A DNA stretch of 64,000 nt from positions 8,618,001 to 8,682,000 of the forward strand of contig OX597836.1 of the NCBI GenBank assembly GCA_951406725.2, in the 5' to 3' direction. Source of the stretch: Octopus vulgaris. Its lineage: Eukaryota. Every line of letters starts with the position of its first letter. Position 1 is the first letter of the stretch. Positions 28,533 to 44,367 of this stretch are shown piece after piece. The translations under genes and the position numbers were made by a program. Below the pieces are notes generated by a model that searched no databases, was not told where the DNA came from, and was given only the letters and a program-made list of their open reading frames with translations.

Positions 28533-29243
28533 CGTCATAAAGCATTTGATCCTAAAAGCCAGGTGTCTATCTGTCGAGCTGATACTTAAATACTTAAATT
28601 CCAAGTTCGATATCTTACAAGTGCAGCGTACGTGACTCCGTTCGTTTACGTTGACCTTTCAAAGTGGAACTTGACATAATCCAGATGTTGCTTGGCAGAC
28701 ATATTGGGGTCAGAGGTGAGAAATCCATATCAAATCATTTACTTTTGCTTATTTTCGTTCCCTGCGATCCCGGGTTCAAATTCCATGTCGCCTTGAGTTA
28801 CCAGAATATTGCAGAATTTTTCACTCACCACAAAATAATCGAACCGGAAACGATAAAAAGGCAAAATTAACCTCAGCGGTATTTGAACTCAGGATTGCAA
28901 AAGCCAGAACAAAGACGGCACAGCATGTTCCACCTACTCCACCCCGCGCCGGTGGTTCCGCCAGTTTGTCACCTTGGCCTAAATGGTAATAATTACCATA
29001 AATATAAAAGAATAACAGAATAATGGAATACATCATTTATGGAATAAAGATTCATTTAAATATGTCATTTTCACACTTCGTTCTTGTTTAATGCCTCACA
29101 GTGTAGATATTCCATTAGTGGTAGTAGTAGTAGTAGGGATTGTAGGTGGTGGTGGTGGTGGCTGTCGTCGTTGTTCATGTTGTTATCGCTGGTGTTGCTT
29201 TCATAGTTCTGGTCATTGTTGCCATCTTTCTCATTAATAGAAT

Positions 29244-29287
<44 letters not shown>

Positions 29288-29326
29288 ACATACATATATA
29301 CACATATATGTACATACATACATACA

Positions 29327-29361
<35 letters not shown>

Positions 29362-29503
29362 GTATATATATATATATACATACATACATTCAATCTTAAA
29401 TACATAATGCATGGATATATGTATGTATGTTTGTATATAAATACATACATTCATTCTTAAATACATGCATGTATGTATGTAAGTATGTATGTATGTATGT
29501 ATG

Positions 29504-29633
<130 letters not shown>

Positions 29634-29716
29634 CATTAATTACATTCGTACATATATTTGCATATATTATATATGTATCTATGTGTGTGTATATATATAT
29701 GTGTGTGTGTGTATAC

Positions 29717-29762
<46 letters not shown>

Positions 29763-30226
29763 TTATGAGTGTATACATGAGTGTGTATGTTGTGAGACCA
29801 GGAAGAAGGAACTAGTTTAGTAAAAGGCGAAGAGAAAAAAGGAAAACCCAGAAGTGAAGGTAGCATTGTTATGGTGCTGTTGGAGGTGGTGGTCATGTCT
29901 GTGTAGGTGGTTATGATAGTGAGGGCGGGGGCTGAGAGTATAGCGGTAGTATGATGATGGTGGTGGTGGTGGTGGTGGTGGTGGTGGCGGCGGTTTGTGG
30001 CGCTACTGTCGTGTTCTTCCTCATGTTATTCTAAACATCTTAATGTGTTACTTGTCTTAGCTAAACGTCGTACGGCGCGCAATAAATACCAAATTTTATT
30101 ACACGAGCTCACGCGCACACACACACTCACACATACACACATATCTATACATACACACATACACAAGCAAAGCACAGACATATGTATACATATACATGTG
30201 TGTATTTGGGTGTATGTGTGCATGTA

Positions 30227-30299
<73 letters not shown>

Positions 30300-30390
30300 G
30301 TGTGTGTGTGTAAATATATATATATTTACACACAGACACGTATATATATTTACATAAATATACATAATACATACATATGCATACATACAT

Positions 30391-30423
<33 letters not shown>

Positions 30424-30501
30424 CACACATGCATACATTTACACGCACACATGTATTTATATGTATGTTGATATATATATATATATATGTATGTATGTAT
30501 G

Positions 30502-30549
<48 letters not shown>

Positions 30550-31111
30550 CATATACAGGCATACACACATATATATATATATACTTATATGCTGACAATA
30601 CATTGATACATATGTATACATAAATAAGCAAGCAGAAATATGCATTTATATACGAATATATTTCCTAAATAAACATACATGTATGATCATACGTATATAC
30701 ATACACACATACATAAATACATACATACATACATACATAAATGCATGCAGGCATGCGTAGGTACGTATATATACACACATGCATTAAGATGTCGGCACAG
30801 CAGACGAGACATAACAGAGCAGACGAGGAAAAAGAAATGGCGTTCAGTCACAGAATTCCGTTGACGAGTAGATGCAAATATAAAATGAAAGATTAGCGCA
30901 AAAGAAAGATGTTTATGCCGAACTAATGAGAAGTCAGACTTTACCGCTCCTTGGTTCTATCTTCACAGTTATACATATAATTATTAGGCTACTTAGTTAT
31001 ATAACCATCGTCAGAACTAATCTGCAGGGTACGACGCACTTTTGGCTCTGACGTTTCGTTGCTCCGTTTGTTTCACGACGTTTATTTGACGCTGACTTAT
31101 CTGACATCAGT

Positions 31112-31480
31112 GGAGGCGCAACGGCCCAGTGGTTAGAGCGGCGTACTCGCGGTCGGAGGATCGCGGCTACGATTCTCAGACCGGGCGTTGTGAGTGTTTA
31201 TTGAGCGAAAACACCCAAGGGTCTACGAGGCTCCAGCAGGGGCTGGTGGCGAACTCTGCTGTATTCTTTCCTTACATTTTTCTCTCACTCTTTCTTCGTG
31301 TTTCAAAGGGGACTACCTTGTTACACTCTGGGTCACGCTGAATCCACCCCACCCCCAGGAGAACTACGTTAAGGGTACACGTGTCTGTGGAGTACTCAGC
31401 CACTTGCTCATTAATTTCAAGAGCTGGCTGTTCCGTTGATCATACCAACTGGAACCATCGTCGTCGTAACCGACGGAGAG
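31112..31480 (+). mobile_element. SINE family C, full length, second tail type
   Basis: GGAGGCGCAACGGCCCAGTGGTTAGAGCGGCG...CGATTCTCAGACCGGGCG...GAGAACTACGTTAAGGGTACACGTGTCTGTGGAG...TCGTCGTCGTAACCGACGGAG. Confidence 0.88.
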
Positions 31481-31539
31481 CCACGATTTGACATCAGATG
31501 TTACTTTCATGTGTTTCAAGCGACAATGTTTATTTACTT

Positions 31540-31659
31540 CTCTTCCTCTCTCTCTCTCTTTCAATCTCCCTTCCTCTCTCTTTTATCTCACTCCAACCCC
31601 TCCTCTCTCTCTCTCTCTCTCTCAATCTCCCTTCTTCTCTCTTTTATCTCACTCCAACC

Positions 31660-31701
<42 letters not shown>

Positions 31702-31829
31702 GCGTTCTGTTTCTGTCAATCATGTTCAATTAATAAAACGTAATGTGTTCCTCTCTCCCTCTTCCCCTTCCTCTCTCTCGCTTTTCTTCTCTCTATCCTA
31801 CACTCTCCCCCTCTCTATCTATTTTCCTT

Positions 31830-31875
<46 letters not shown>

Positions 31876-32060
31876 TCTCTCTCAGTCTATTTGTTTTATG
31901 CTTGTGAGTATATTTCTCTTTCTGCGCACGAAGAGAGATAAAGCGTTTATGTCGTTTCCAAATAACTAATTCCAACGTCTCTCTCTCTCTCCCTTTCTAT
32001 CTCTCTCCCTTTCCCTCTCTCTCCCATTCTCTCTCTCTCCCCCACTCTCATTCTCCCAAA
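31540..32060. repeat. (CT)n-rich polypyrimidine tract with a 61 bp tandem duplication at 31561-31682
   Basis: TCAATCTCCCTT..TCTCTCTTTTATCTCACTCCAACCC occurs at 31561 and 31622. Confidence 0.85.
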
Positions 32061-32707
32061 CTCTGAACGTGTGTGTTTATGACCGAATGCATCTACTTAT
32101 GTTTCTACCTTCAACGTCTCTACCTCTCTACCCCTTCCCCTTCTCTCGCTCATTCTATCTAAATATATTTGTCTGATCCTGCATGTGTGCATGTATGTCT
32201 GTGTGTTTGCGTGTATGCTTGCGTGTGCGTATTTACCTCCAGTGCCAAAAAGTACCCAAACCAAAACAAGCTGAATATATACATATATTTAGCCGCATTT
32301 AATGACCAGCATCCAGAGAGTCACACCCAATTGGCTCATCCCGTAGTCTTGCGACGGTGGGCCTCATTAATCAAGAAAAGACACAGCTAATTAGGAAATT
32401 AATGATAGAGGTATTACTAAAGGCAAGAGGAAAATGTAAAAGAATGTAAAATAGATTCTACGAGTTTAGAATATAACAAATGCGATATCTATATATGTGC
32501 ATATATAGATAGAAGAAGATTCTAACTGGGCCCCATCTGCATGGTCATGCGCTGTTTATCTTGATATGAGATCACCATGTCGCGCACATGTGGTTGTGAT
32601 GCATGTGCCTAGTGTACCCTTATCAGACGGGTCGTCATGATGGGTATATTGGACTTCGTATATTTTACCCCAGTGTCACTTTGATGGCATGCACTGTTCT
32701 CTTACTT

Positions 32708-33007
<300 letters not shown>

Positions 33008-33227
33008 CCTAGTTTACACTTTGCTTTTGTACCGCATTTACGGCAAAAGTGTTTACGGCGAATTTCTTTGACACGCAGTAAACAAGTGTAAAACCATAAT
33101 AAGGGACAAGAAATAAAGAACGATGAACAGCTGCAAATCACAGCCAACTGCAGTAAACGACATGATGTGAATCGCGATAAATCACGCTGAATGAAAAAAA
33201 GCAACAAGATGCGCAGCAACAAATGGT

Positions 33228-33628
33228 CGCAGGAGTGGCTGTGTGGTAAGTAGCTTGCTAACCAGCCACATGGTTCCGGGTTCAGTCCCACTGCGTGGCA
33301 TCTTGGGCAAGTGTCTTCTGCTATAGCCCCGGGCCGACCAATGCCTTGTGAGTGGAGTTGGTAGACGGAAACTGAAAGAAGCCTGTCGTATATATGTATA
33401 TGTATATAAGTGTGTGTGTATATGTTTGTGTGTCTGTGTTTGTCCCCCCACCATTGCTTGACAACCGATGCTGGTGTGTTTACGTCCCCGTCACTTAGCG
33501 GTTCGGCAAAAGAGACCGATAGAATAAGTCCTGGGCTTACGGGGTCGATTTTCTCGACTAAATTCGGTGCTCCAGCATGGCCGCAGCCAAATGACTGAAA
33601 CAAGTAAAAGAGTAAAAGAGTAAAGAGT
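33228..33628 (+). mobile_element. SINE family A, full length
   Basis: GCAGGAGTGGCTGTGTGGTAAG...GGTGCTCCAGCATGGCCGCAGCCAAATGACTGAAACAAGTAAAAGAGTAAAAGAG. Confidence 0.95.
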
Positions 33629-33659
33629 ATTCGAGATAAAATAACTACAGTCAGTCGTC

Positions 33660-33815
33660 GTAAACAACGGTAAACCGTTGTAAACTATAGTAAACCATGC
33701 GTAGTGAACCACAATAAACGAGTGTAAAGGACAGTAAACGGCAATACGTAAATTACGATAAAGCTTCGGTAAACCATAGTTATAGCGCTGTAAGCCAGCG
33801 TAAACGATCGTGACC
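33660..33815. repeat. 10 bp-periodic array of GTAAAC-like hexamers with variable spacers
   Basis: GTAAAC at 33660, 33670, 33680, 33690, 33734, 33769 and 33800. Variants at 33704, 33714, 33724, 33748, 33758, 33790 and 33810. Confidence 0.75.
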
Positions 33816-34339
33816 TCCCCCCCCCCCACGCACTCACAATGAACTGCTGTAGATCTTTGCGATGTGAAAACCTTCAACGCGAAATTCGTGAACTCGTTAC
33901 GTTACGATTATTGTTTTGTCTTGTTAGTGTTGCGCAGAATCTTTGTTTCATCACTCATTGTTTCATCCCCAGAAGGATTTATGAAAGAGAGCCAGAAGGA
34001 ATTTGGGTGGCGATGCGGGTGGTGGAGTTGGTGGTGGTGGTGGTGGTGGTGGTGGTGGTGGTGGTGTCAGAAATCGCGGTGTTTATAGTAATGGTAGCAA
34101 CGGGTGTAGCGGCTGCGGCGGCGGTGGTGGCGGTGGTGGTGGCGGCGTAGTGGTGTTTAACTATATTTTGCAATATACAGGAGATTCCCTTCTCTTTACC
34201 CACTTTCAATCGAATGACTTTTTTTCTTTTTCGCTCGCACACACAAACACACACACACACACACACACACAAACTGTTACTCACGCACACACATGTACAC
34301 CCATGTACACACACAAATGCATACATACATAATATATAT

Positions 34340-34389
<50 letters not shown>

Positions 34390-34393
<4 letters not shown>

Positions 34394-34546
34394 TAATCCA
34401 AACAAGAAAACAAAAAGACAACAACGCAAGGATATGGAACAAATAAAGTATTATTGGACGCTCAGGAAAGAAGGGAAGAAGAAGGGTATGACGTTTCGAG
34501 CGGAGCTCTTCGTCGGAAACATAGGAGAAGGAAAGATCCCGAGACG
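34390..34546 (-). mobile_element. TA-adjacent hammerhead-bearing repeat (core mutated to CCGACGA)
   Basis: Homologous to 11431-11630. Minus strand CCGACGA-A-GAGC-TCC-GCTC-GAAA-CGTC at ~34486-34521. Confidence 0.72.
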
Positions 34547-34555
34547 ATACATACA

Positions 34556-34696
<141 letters not shown>

Positions 34697-34831
34697 GTGT
34701 GTGCAGTGACACAAAGACACACATTCTGACATAGTCGGAGTCGGTCGGGACTGAGCGTTGTTCAACAACTTTGTCTTCTGGTTATTTACTTTCTACCGTG
34801 GAGGTTAAGTCATTATTTCACACGCTTACGT

Positions 34832-34862
<31 letters not shown>

Positions 34863-35079
34863 TACGTACACAAACACGCACAAACACACTTATACACATA
34901 TGTATGTACGTGCATACATTTATATATATTGAGAGAGACAGATACATATATACACATACATATACATACATATGTATATATAGATCTTTAGACACACACA
35001 TATCTCTATATATATATATAATATATATACATATATATATATATATATAGAACACATGTATGTGTATATATATATATAT

Positions 35080-35129
<50 letters not shown>

Positions 35130-35195
35130 GCATAGAGTTATACATACATAGATTAATAGAACATGTGTCTCTCTGAGTGTCTGTGTGTTTCTCTG

Positions 35196-35260
<65 letters not shown>

Positions 35261-35401
35261 CGGCGCATACGTACACATCTATTCCATTTCGGAGACGAGA
35301 GCCAGTGTGGAAACCAAGTGAATCGTCGTCCCAGAGTGAGTGGCAACGTGAGGTTATTGACAAAGCAAAATGCACGGCTGCGGCTGAGATTTCAATAGGA
35401 G

Positions 35402-35453
<52 letters not shown>

Positions 35454-35822
35454 GTGAAAAAAAAGAGGGTGGAGTAGGGGTTTAAATGTCAATAGAGTTA
35501 ACACTTGAGAACAAGAGTATCAAATCAAATGCAGAGATAAATGGGTAGGAAACGGGTGGGAGCCTGGGATTCGAATGCGCCGCCTGGGACCCCGGCGAAT
35601 TCTCTCGCTCTCTGTTGGTTATTGTGCTTTAATGCATATGTATGTATGTATGCATGTATGTATGTGTGTATGTATGTATGTATGTGTGTGTGCATGTATG
35701 TATGTATGTATGTATGTATGTATGTATGAATGTATGTATGTATGTATGTATATATGTATATATGTTTGTATGTTTGTATGTTTGTATGTATGTATGTATG
35801 TATGTATGTATGTATGTATGTA

Positions 35823-35853
<31 letters not shown>

Positions 35854-36202
35854 ATGTATGTATGTATGTATGTGTGTGTGTATGTATGTATGTATGTATG
35901 TATGTATGTATGTGTTCGTGCGAGCACACACACACGGAGGTACGAGCACACACACACACACACATACATACACTTAAAAATATGTAGGTATCTATCAGTG
36001 TAGGTATATGTGTGTGTGCATGTGTGTGTGTGAGTGTGTGTGTGCGTCTGAGAGTATCTACATATTTATAAATATGTATATAATTTATACACATATATCT
36101 CCAGTACATGTGTATATATATATGTGTATGTGTGTGTGAGTGTGTGTATATACATATGCATGTATGTATGTATATGTGCATATATATAAGTACAAACACA
36201 CA

Positions 36203-36286
<84 letters not shown>

Positions 36287-36480
36287 CACACGCATATATG
36301 TACGTATATGTCGAACAATGACAATGAGTGCTCAATACCACATTGTTGGCCAAAAATGGTTTATTTGTGTATTAAGGCTACCGTTGGTTTCATGTTAAGA
36401 AATATAATACCTTAACAATTTTCAAGCTGCTCATATGGAGAGATGGTGTCTCCAATAAAGTATGTATGTATGTATGTATG

Positions 36481-36517
<37 letters not shown>

Positions 36518-36974
36518 CTTACTTAGAAAAGGATGCGTCGCGTTCAATTATATAATGATAAAAATGATATATATATATATTTATATATGCATATATACAT
36601 ACTATATGTACATACTTACATGTATACGTACATACATATGCATATGTGGGCACAGATCCGTCACAAAACGTAAACAACAAAAAATACGAAGTATGTATAT
36701 ATGTTTCGTGTCACGCTAAGAAGCGATGCACAGCATCAGGATTTTAACTGTTGAAGGTATTACGTAATGGATGTAGTTTCTGTTATATATTACGCAAACC
36801 CGAAACACGCGCATTAAATTATTTAGAAATATCAAAATTTACTTCGATTCCTTTATTACAACTTATATATACGCACACGTACACACACAGGCACACACAC
36901 ACACACGCGTCCACACATGCACACACACACATATATATATATATGTATATATATGCTCGCGTGTGTGTGTGTGT

Positions 36975-37180
36975 TCTGTTTTTAATCATTTAAATTCTTC
37001 CTCTGAAATAAGGGGCTGGTTACAAACAAAGATACAAATTTACCTTGGAATGTAGGTAACGAGAACGATGTCACATTTTAAACCTGAGAAAAGTCTTGCA
37101 CAGTGTCACTGTGCCGCTTACAGATCCTATTTGTAATGGGCGAATCAATTGGTTGATGTCTTTTTCTGAAAATCCAAACT
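36975..37180 (-). mobile_element. 5'-truncated RLE-family retrotransposon end (TACA-associated family)
   Basis: FGFSEKDINQLIRPLQIGSVSGTVTLCKTFLRFKM* aligns with LGFSKPKRRKLIRRLQFQAITGTVKVCKTFQKFII* of 48217-49091. The 5' junction runs directly into (TACA)n. Confidence 0.75.
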
Positions 37181-37391
37181 GTATGTATGTATGTATGTAT
37201 GTATGTATGTATGTATGTATGTATGTATGTATGTATGTATGTATGTATGTATGTATGTATGTATGTATGTATGTATGTATGTATGTATGTATGTATGTAT
37301 GTATGTATGTATGTATGTATGTATGTATGTATGTATGTGTGTGTGTATGTATGTATGTATGTATGTGTGTGTGTATGTATGTATGTATGTA

Positions 37392-37424
<33 letters not shown>

Positions 37425-37615
37425 ATGTATGTATGTGTGTGTATGTATGTATGTATGTATGTATGTGTGTGTGTATGTATGTATGTATGTGTGTGTGTAT
37501 GTATGTATGTATGTATGTATGTATGTATGTATGTGTGTGTGTGTATGTATGTATGTATGTATGTATGTATGTATGTATGTGTGTGTGTATGTATGTATGT
37601 ATCTATGTATGTATG

Positions 37616-37649
<34 letters not shown>

Positions 37650-37683
37650 TGTATGTGTGTATGCATGCATGTATGTATGTATG
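37181..37683. repeat. ~500 bp (TATG)n array with TG interruptions
   Basis: Direct inspection. Confidence 0.97.
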
Positions 37684-37830
37684 TCATTCAAATTTATTGC
37701 TAGATTTCTTACTAATAGAGAATGAACTGGTTTCTAACCTAGATCCAAGGCTCCTTCACTGGAATTTCAACAAGACCGACAGATTATTTTTGCATGTATG
37801 TATTCTGGTCAAATCCAAAACTAGGATTTT
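37684..37830 (-). mobile_element. 3'UTR of the TACA-associated RLE family
   Basis: TCATTCA...AATAGAGAA...GGTTTCTAACCTAGATCCAAGGCTC..C..TGGAATTTCAACAA..CCGACAGA.TATTTTTG matches 48217-48330. The 3' end abuts (TACA)n. Confidence 0.75.
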
Positions 37831-38063
37831 TCGTAGAAGGTTGCACGAAAGGAAATAATATACAAATCAATTAAAGAACAGTTTATTACATTTATAAACG
37901 GAATGCCGACGAGGGCCGCATGCGGCCCTAGGAACCGACGTTGAAAACTTCTGACGTAGAGACTTAATAGATACTTTCTCTCCCCGTTGAGCTTTTTACG
38001 TTTCCTTCGCTTGTTGTAGGGAAGAGCAAGGAAACTGTACACGACGAGTTGGAAGAGGGCCAT

Positions 38064-38153
<90 letters not shown>

Positions 38154-38719
38154 CTTTTTTTTTTTCGGTGCTTTTTCCCAATAATGCACCACTCAGCAAG
38201 GTACTTCGGGTGTAATGAGGCCGCAGATGCGGGCTGCAATTAATTTCCTTTGCATGTTTATCTTGCGTTTGGCAGGACTGGGTAATCGGTACAGATTTGG
38301 GTTGGATTAATGTTCTGGCGGTGGTGGTGGTGGTGGTAGTGGCGGTGGTGGTGGTGGTGGTGGTGGTGGTGGTGGCGGCGGTGTTGGCGGCGGGGGTCTG
38401 CTGTAAATGTACCAGCGGATATGTTTGGGGAGTGACTGTAAGGCAGCATTGACTAGGGGGCTGGAAATCTGGAAATGTGCTTGAAACATCGTTGGTTGTG
38501 TCAACTAATTAAAGATGTCACATGTCTCCATCCATGGAGGATCTTCAGATGAGAAAGAAAGAGAGAAAGAGAAAGAGAGAGAGACAAGGAGAGAGTGAGA
38601 GAGAGAGAGAGAGTGACATACACACAGAGACGGAGAGACAGAGTGACAGCGAGAGAGAGAAAGAAAGGAAGAAAGAGAGAAAGAGAGACGGAGACTGAAG
38701 GAACGTGACTTGTAGCAAG

Positions 38720-38774
<55 letters not shown>

Positions 38775-38810
38775 CGTGTGTGTATGTATATATATATATG
38801 TGTGTGTATG

Positions 38811-38866
<56 letters not shown>

Positions 38867-39639
38867 TATTTATATATATGTATGTATGTGTGTGTATGTA
38901 TGCATATATATATATATATATATATATACGCATATATATGTATATAGATAGATTGATAGATAGATAGGTAGATAGATACATATATGTAGGAATGTATGTG
39001 TACACACGCACAAACACATACATGCACACACACAAACATATATATATACACATGTATGATGGGCTTCTTTCAGTTTCCTTCTCCCAAATCTATTCACAAG
39101 GCTTCGGTCGTCTAATCTGCCGCGCAACGAGACTGAACCCAAGACTACATATTTGAGAAGCAAGCAACTTACCACGCAGCTACTCCTGTGTCTGTAGAAA
39201 ACATGGATCACTTAACAAATCTGGGTGTCATTCATGCGCAAAGGCTGAGCTAATCTTCATTCTAACGTTCTTATTTTCGTATATTTACTGCCGAAATGAA
39301 AAAAATATTAAACCTTATTGAACTCAACTGTAAAGTATATCCATCTTTGTTTATCATGGATGCTTAGCTCCAAAGCAAACAAAAAACCGCGTTAAATGAA
39401 TCACAAATAATAAATTAGTCGTCCCCCTAACTTACCCAAATAACACCTCCAAACAGTTTATAAATACAGATAATGATATTGTTTTATGGTTGGAATAATA
39501 TTTAGAATAAGATTTGGTAACATATGACGTAGTTTATTCTTTTCATTGGAAGCATGTTAATAGGGACTTGCGCGTAAATCCGTACAAAAAAATACGCAGG
39601 AAGGCAGTGTAGTGTTGTAAACATGAGCGATAATCAGTG

Positions 39640-39990
39640 CAGTCTGGGTAGCGGAGCGTTGTGGATGGTCGCTGAGTGCGTTTTTCCCGCCGAGGTCGAC
39701 TTTGTTTTTCATCCTATCAAGGTGGATAAAATAAGTATCAGGTGAACACTTGGATCGATGTAATTTCTTTACTACCCACAAGGGGCTAAACACAGAGGGG
39801 ACAAACAAGGACAGACACAGGGATTAAGTCGATTACATCGACCCAGTGCGCAACTGGTACGTATTTAATCGACTCCGAAAGGATGAAAGACAAAGTCGAC
39901 CTCGGCGGAATTTGAACTCAGAACGTAGCGGTAGACGAAATACCGCAAAGCATTTCACCCGGCATGCTAACGATTTTGCCAGCTCGACTT
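39640..39990. mobile_element. Two SINE family B pieces in opposite orientation (+ ~39640-39765, - ~39765-39990)
   Basis: + strand CCGCCGAGGTCGACTTTG...TTCATCC. - strand copy with GAAAGGATGAAAGACAAAGTCGACCTCGGCGGAATTTGAACTCAGAACG...TGCCAGCTCG. Confidence 0.82.
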
Positions 39991-40488
39991 AATACCTACC
40001 CCGAAATTGCTGGTCTTGTGCCAAAAGTCGAAACCAATGTTATAAATCTTTTTCTGAGATCATCGTACGTCTTACCTTGTTCACTAGATCCAAAACTAAT
40101 CCCACATACATCCACCCTCTACGCCTGATATCATTACAGCAATGGCTGACGTGATGTCAACTCCCGTAGAAATTGTGTCTACCATCGTTTTTCAACCTTG
40201 AAATCATTTAATTCACACGGTTATACTTCAGTCTTCATCCACACTGTATTTTATATCGAATGTTTTCCAGAAGGAATTGGCTACGTCATATCTTCATCAG
40301 AATTAAATACATAGGATAACTTCGCCACGTTGACATTCTTCCAAGCTGAAAAATCAACGGCGCCATCGCCCGGCCAGTAAGACTGCCAGAGGTCGTTGAC
40401 TTGACGCAGTCTCTTCCCCAGAAGAATACTTCAATATACATACACATACATACATATACATACATACATACATACATACATACATACA

Positions 40489-40519
<31 letters not shown>

Positions 40520-40626
40520 GTATATGTGCGTACGTACATGCATGCATATACGTGCATACATACACACATGCATTCATCTACATGTATATTTGTGTGTGTG
40601 TGAGTTAATATATAGATATGGATATG

Positions 40627-40745
<119 letters not shown>

Positions 40746-40938
40746 GCAGACAGGTAGATAGATAGATTAATAGATGGATACGTATATATATATGTGCATA
40801 TATATATATACATATATGTTTCTAGATATATGTATATAATATATGGTTATGTTAGAGGGAGTGTAGGAAGAGAGAGGAAAAAGGAGATGAACATGTTTAC
40901 GTATATCTATCGATCTATCTATATATATATATATATAT

Positions 40939-41035
<97 letters not shown>

Positions 41036-41174
41036 TATATAAATGCATGTGTATATATGTATATGAGTGTATATACATGCATATATATATACATATCTAT
41101 ATATATGCATATTGATATATATATATATGTATATATATGTATACATACATACATGCATAATCATATATATACAT

Positions 41175-41224
<50 letters not shown>

Positions 41225-41714
41225 GTATGTATGTATATATATATATATTCGTAAATACGACATTCCCTTAAACTAGTTTGTAGCTCTCACCCTTTGATCG
41301 TCCTATCAGCGCCATGTTACCTCATTCTTCTTATATCTCACGATAAACATTTACCCACAACAACATTCCTTTGTAACTCACCAATGCTGTTTCTATCTTA
41401 GACTTAACTGTTAGAAAAAGTATCTAAAAACCTCTTAAAAAGTCAAACTACCTCATCGCCCACTATCGCTTCGAGAATACGGCCATGTAATCGAGACGAC
41501 GAGGGCGCCTATAGTATATATGCGGTCATCAGACGTGCTAGAAAATACAGCTAAATCTCCCACGAATCGCAGGTGCTTATCGTCTCGAAAGCGGTAGGCG
41601 AATGTTGGGTACATTGGGGCTTGTTTGAGGCTCTCTGATTGCAAGTTGAGACGACCAGACCACGCTTGGAAGAACTTTGGTTATAGATCTCTGCAAAAGA
41701 GCTGATCTGTGGCC

Positions 41715-41765
<51 letters not shown>

Positions 41766-41947
41766 AAGCAACAGCAACAACAATTACAGGAACGGCAAGA
41801 ACAGCAACTGATGGACAATAAACCGACAATATTGAATTCTGAAGAGGTTCCGAATATATATACGTATGTATGTTTGTATGTATATATATATATATATATA
41901 TAAATGTACATATGTATATATTTTTGCGTATGTATGTATATACATGC

Positions 41948-42015
<68 letters not shown>

Positions 42016-42041
42016 CTGTGTATGTATATATATATGTGTGC

Positions 42042-42073
<32 letters not shown>

Positions 42074-42559
42074 TGTGTGTGTGTGTATACATATATATAT
42101 ATTGTATGTATATGTATGTATAAATCATATACATAGGCACAGATGTGGCTGTGTGGTAAAAAGATGCTGCTTATCACATGGTTCCGGGTTCAGTCCCACT
42201 ACGTGGTACATTAGGCAAACGCCAGAACGTAAGCGAGCAAAACAAAATATAGGTTAATCATAAACTAATTTCGCTATTACTACTTGCGCAAATTAATTAC
42301 GTAAATGTCCGTAGCTCATCAGTATGATCGTCGTTGGAAATATAATTTGCAGAACTATACACGAGAAGACCGCATGAGATTGAACATGTATACAGTTCTA
42401 CCAATTACAGCTGGTATATATATGCATATGCATATATATATATATATCACACTTGCACAAACAAGCGCGCAGTGATATACATATATTAAAGTGAGTCCGA
42501 CGCTCTAACCACTGAGGCATATATGTGTGTGTGTGGGGTGAGTGTGTAACATTTACACA

Positions 42560-42609
<50 letters not shown>

Positions 42610-42793
42610 GGGAGAGTTTACGAAAAAAACAAAAGACGAAGACAGGTGGTGTACAAAACAAACAGATGTATTAGTATAACGCTCATGAATAGAAAAAGTA
42701 TTTTATGTTTCGAGCCTACGCTCTTCTACAGAAAGGGAGACAGAAAAAACAAGGAGAGAAAAAAATGTGTGTAGCGGCTAACGATCTATCGTG
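42610..42793 (-). mobile_element. Diverged TA-embedded hammerhead-bearing repeat
   Basis: Same layout as 11431-11630 (..GTGGT..ACA...GTATTA...ACGCTCA.GAA...GTTTCGAGC..GCTCTTC..CAGAAA). Minus strand CTGTAGA-A-GAGC-GTAG-GCTC-GAAA-CATA at ~42700-42735. Confidence 0.62.
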
Positions 42794-42829
42794 ATACATA
42801 TATATATACATATATACATACATACACAC

Positions 42830-42914
<85 letters not shown>

Positions 42915-43374
42915 CATATTTACATATACTCGTACATATACCTACCCACCTACCTGCCTACCTACATACATACATACATGCATGCATAAACACTTGTATT
43001 GCTGTCGTCCATTACTATCCGCTATTGCAAACATCTGAAAATCTCACTCACTGGTGCATGCCTACGCATATTAAGAAGGAGCGAATACGGTGCAATATCA
43101 GGGATGTTTGGCTACTCTTTCGATCACACGAATGCATTCTTATTGGCTAACAATTATCGTGTGGGGAAAAAACAATCTACAGAGTTCCGGACAAAATACT
43201 TCTGGTATCAATTTACCTCCCTTTTTACATTCAGAGTTCAAATGTACTAAGCTTAATGTTATTCATGGCCATGTAACGATGTAACAGGACCTTGTTTTAT
43301 CTTGAGACACTACGCCAGGATTATATGTATATATACATGTATATACATACATACACACATACATACAAACATAT

Positions 43375-43442
<68 letters not shown>

Positions 43443-43473
43443 GTATATATATGTATATATATGTATACGTATA

Positions 43474-43522
<49 letters not shown>

Positions 43523-43554
43523 TATATTTATATACGTACATATATATATCCATC

Positions 43555-43636
<82 letters not shown>

Positions 43637-43955
43637 TATATACATACATACACACACACACACACACAAACATATATACATACCCGCCTGTACACATTGC
43701 AGATATATTCTGCGTTATTTCTAATTACGAATCAGAAAGTGAAAGAGAACACAATCTACTCACCGCCGCCCCCACCCCGAGGTTATGTTGACACCTCACC
43801 GTTTATACTCCCACTCATAGACATGTGTGTGTGTGTGTGTGTATTAATATATGTAGAATTAAATATCTTTCTAGCACTCTCTTTCTCTCTCTCTATGTAT
43901 ACATCTATATATATGTATATATATATAAATATATATATAAATATATATATGGATA

Positions 43956-44002
<47 letters not shown>

Positions 44003-44128
44003 CACACACACACGCTCTCATATATGATGTTTATATGTGTGTGCGTGTTTGCGTGTGTGTGTGTGTGTTTGTGTCTGTGTGTAGATAGATTGATAGAAAT
44101 ATGTTTATATATACATATTTATGGCCTG

Positions 44129-44198
<70 letters not shown>

Positions 44199-44317
44199 TA
44201 TGTGCCTTTGTGTATGTTCGTATGTGTCTTTGTGTACGTGTGTGTGTAGATAGATGAAAATACACACACACACACATATTAGAGAATATAATTTCTTGAT
44301 AAGGCTCCACTTTTCTG

Positions 44318-44367
<50 letters not shown>

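Noticed and set aside
40290-40435. Unique segment abutting (TACA)n, considered as a fourth member of the TACA-associated family
   Set aside because: No visible similarity to the 3'UTR or ORF end of that family.
41716-41800. Poly-Q ORF (41709-41903) and poly-P/H ORFs at 38258-38504
   Set aside because: Driven by (CAA)n and (GGT)n repeats; no clear splice signals or recognisable domain.
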